DNA from: Anthoceros angustus
Taxonomy: Eukaryota; Plantae; Anthocerotophyta
DNA: 64,000 bases
Assembly (NCBI GenBank): GCA_010909165.1
Contig: MU008177.1
Span: forward strand, 372,001 to 436,000
Reading direction: 5' to 3'
The notes beneath the pieces were generated by a model. The model was not told the DNA's origin, searched no databases, and was given only the letters and a program-made list of their open reading frames with translations. Positions 62,315-64,000 of the stretch are shown in pieces. Numbering within the stretch: position 1 is the stretch's first letter; every line of letters starts with the position of its first letter. Position numbers and translations under genes: made by a program.

Positions 62315-63004
62315 TCACAAATTCTTAAACACGCTGTCGGAGAGCTGCGACAGGATTGCATTCACAGTGAGCAGCACCACACCGGATCCCAGGATCATGG
62401 CCACAACCACGCTCGTGGTTCCGAGCACCTTCTGGAAAGACGGCCATTCTATCAGCCGCGTCTCCTCCACTACACCACTCCAGAAATTTGTCGAGGGTTC
62501 CTGCACGCCCTCGGACGCCCTTGCCTCTCGCAATGCCCTAATCGCATTGCCGACATCTTGTTGCGACCCCAGTTGGTCGGCACCCGCGCCATCCCCAGCT
62601 GCGTTTCCCGCTGGCTGCTCTGCATCGGTCTGGGGTGTAGCTGTCGCCTCTCCTCCTTCCGCCCTTTGCTCCCCTGCGCAACCGCAAAGGGTTCCAGGCG
62701 TCCCGCCTCGTCAGGGCAGCGTCTGCGCTGCGTTAGCTACTACACGACATGCAAAGCCAACCCTACCTCGATCGCCACCGTCACCGCCACCGCTTGAACC
62801 TCGGACAGCATCGGGTGACGGCGAGGGAGAGGCCCTCAAGGTCACCACACGTCCATTGGCTCTCCTGGTCGCACCCACACCCTGACGCCAAACCGTGGTG
62901 CATCCCAAGGTGGACATGCGCTCGAAGGCAGGTAGTCTGCTGCTGCTCCTCACAGCGGTGGCAGCTCCGGGACTCCTGCCTGCCAGAGTGACAGCCATCG
63001 CCAT
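62315..63004 (-). CDS. SECE1: Thylakoid preprotein translocase SecE subunit; single in-frame TGA at 62711-62713
   Basis: FWSGVVEETRLIEWPSFQKVLGTTSVVVAMILGSGVVLLTVNAILSQLSDSVF is the SECE1 domain. The upstream ORF 62711-63043 (MAVTLAGRSPGAATAVRSSSR...) is in the same frame and looks like a transit peptide. Confidence 0.85.
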
Positions 63005-63381
63005 CCTTGAAGCGAGAACCAGTCTCGCAGAAAGAAGCCTCACCTGGTATGGATAAAACGCAAGGAGACGGTTCCACGGTTAGGGCGGGCAACCGATGTG
63101 TGTGGGGCATGCATTCCATTCAGTCCTCGATTATCTTCATAACTGCCTCACCGTCAAATTGGCAGGCTATGGGATACATCTCCGCATGCCCCTGAGAATC
63201 CGCGAGGAGGCGACGCTGTGGAACCTGTGGTGCTCAAAACAGTGTGAAACAGCGTTCTGTGCCGTGTTTGAATGCTCCTGTACTGAATCTGTAAGGATGG
63301 ATGATGATTGAAGTAATGTGTGGTGTGGCTCGGATGCTACTTTGTCTACAGGTCCGACACTTCCACATTGCCGCTGCCCGA

Positions 63382-64000
63382 TCAGAGCACGGGAAAGTTT
63401 GGCAAAAATCTGTACAGAAAATCTAAGAAGCCTGTCCCTTTGAGGATACCCTTGCCTGTAACCAACTCGATGATGAGCAGCGCAGTGAAGCCTATCATGG
63501 CCGCCCTTCCATTAGTAATCTCGTTATCCGGAGTGAAACCAAAGCCCCCAGCCTCCTTCTCGTCCACCTCCACCATCCTCGTCTGCGCAAAGGAGGAGAA
63601 TGCAGAATCAGTATAGCTCCTTCCAACGAGAACTTCCTTCACTCACAATGAACTGTGGCAAGCACAAAAGGGAAGCCATACCTCTTCCACATCCACATTC
63701 GTGGCCGTCTTCCCAGCCTGTGTGGATCCACCGAAGATAATCTCCGCAGATTGTCCGCTTATCCCTTTCTTCAGATCAACGTAGATGTAGTCCGAGTCCA
63801 CCTTCACCGGGTACACATCCAGCTGCCTCACAGGCGGGGTGAGAAATCTGAGCACCGCATTGGTAGGGTACCAGTCGACGATGGCCCCGGTCTTGAGGTC
63901 GAATGTGGTTTCCGTGGACGGGCACACAATGCAGCCGTCCTGTTGTTCAAGGCGAGTGAGCTGAATACTGAAAGGAGGTCTGGCGCACATAGATCTCACA
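63382..64000 (-). CDS. PSB33: Rieske-like thylakoid protein with C-terminal LHC-like helix (PSB33/LIL8), 5' end outside the window
   Basis: QDGCIVCPSTETTFDLKTGAIVDWYPTN.VLR.LTPPVRQL.VYPVKVD..YIYV / GFGFTPDNEITNGRAAMIGF..LLIIELVTGKGILKGTGFLDFLY. Confidence 0.93.

Overview
Nuclear DNA of a non-seed land plant. Short introns of about 50-100 nt, gene-dense GC-rich coding DNA and a large PLS-class PPR expansion suggest Selaginella or a similar lineage; this is inference. Left part (1-27 kb): a tandem family of three minus-strand PLS-E/E+ PPR genes (putative organellar RNA-editing factors with no DYW domain) and nested transposon relics (RTEX-like LINEs, a solo LTR with an exact TSD, a Mutator-like element with TIRs inserted in a LINE 3' end). 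It also holds tRNA-Gly(GCC), a CYP88/KAO-like P450 and a U6 snRNA head-to-head with the third PPR gene. Right part: a J-domain membrane protein, ALDH10 (ends in SKL), a conserved MAKKRK-type protein, an intronless papain pseudogene in an AT-rich island, a TL20.3-like pentapeptide protein, OSB, tRNA-Leu(CAG), SECE1 and PSB33. From about 27 to 54 kb the sequence is a same-strand patchwork of pieces of these same genes joined at 7-10 bp microhomologies, and the redundant copies carry collapsed homopolymers and short tandem repeats. This most likely reflects an assembly/consensus artefact, so copy numbers, frameshifts and chimeric ORFs there should not be trusted. The best biological leads are a possibly giant (about 40-motif) PPR protein, an in-frame PPR/E-domain duplication, and RTEX-like LINE pieces lying about 230-315 bp upstream of both tRNA genes in the same relative orientation.
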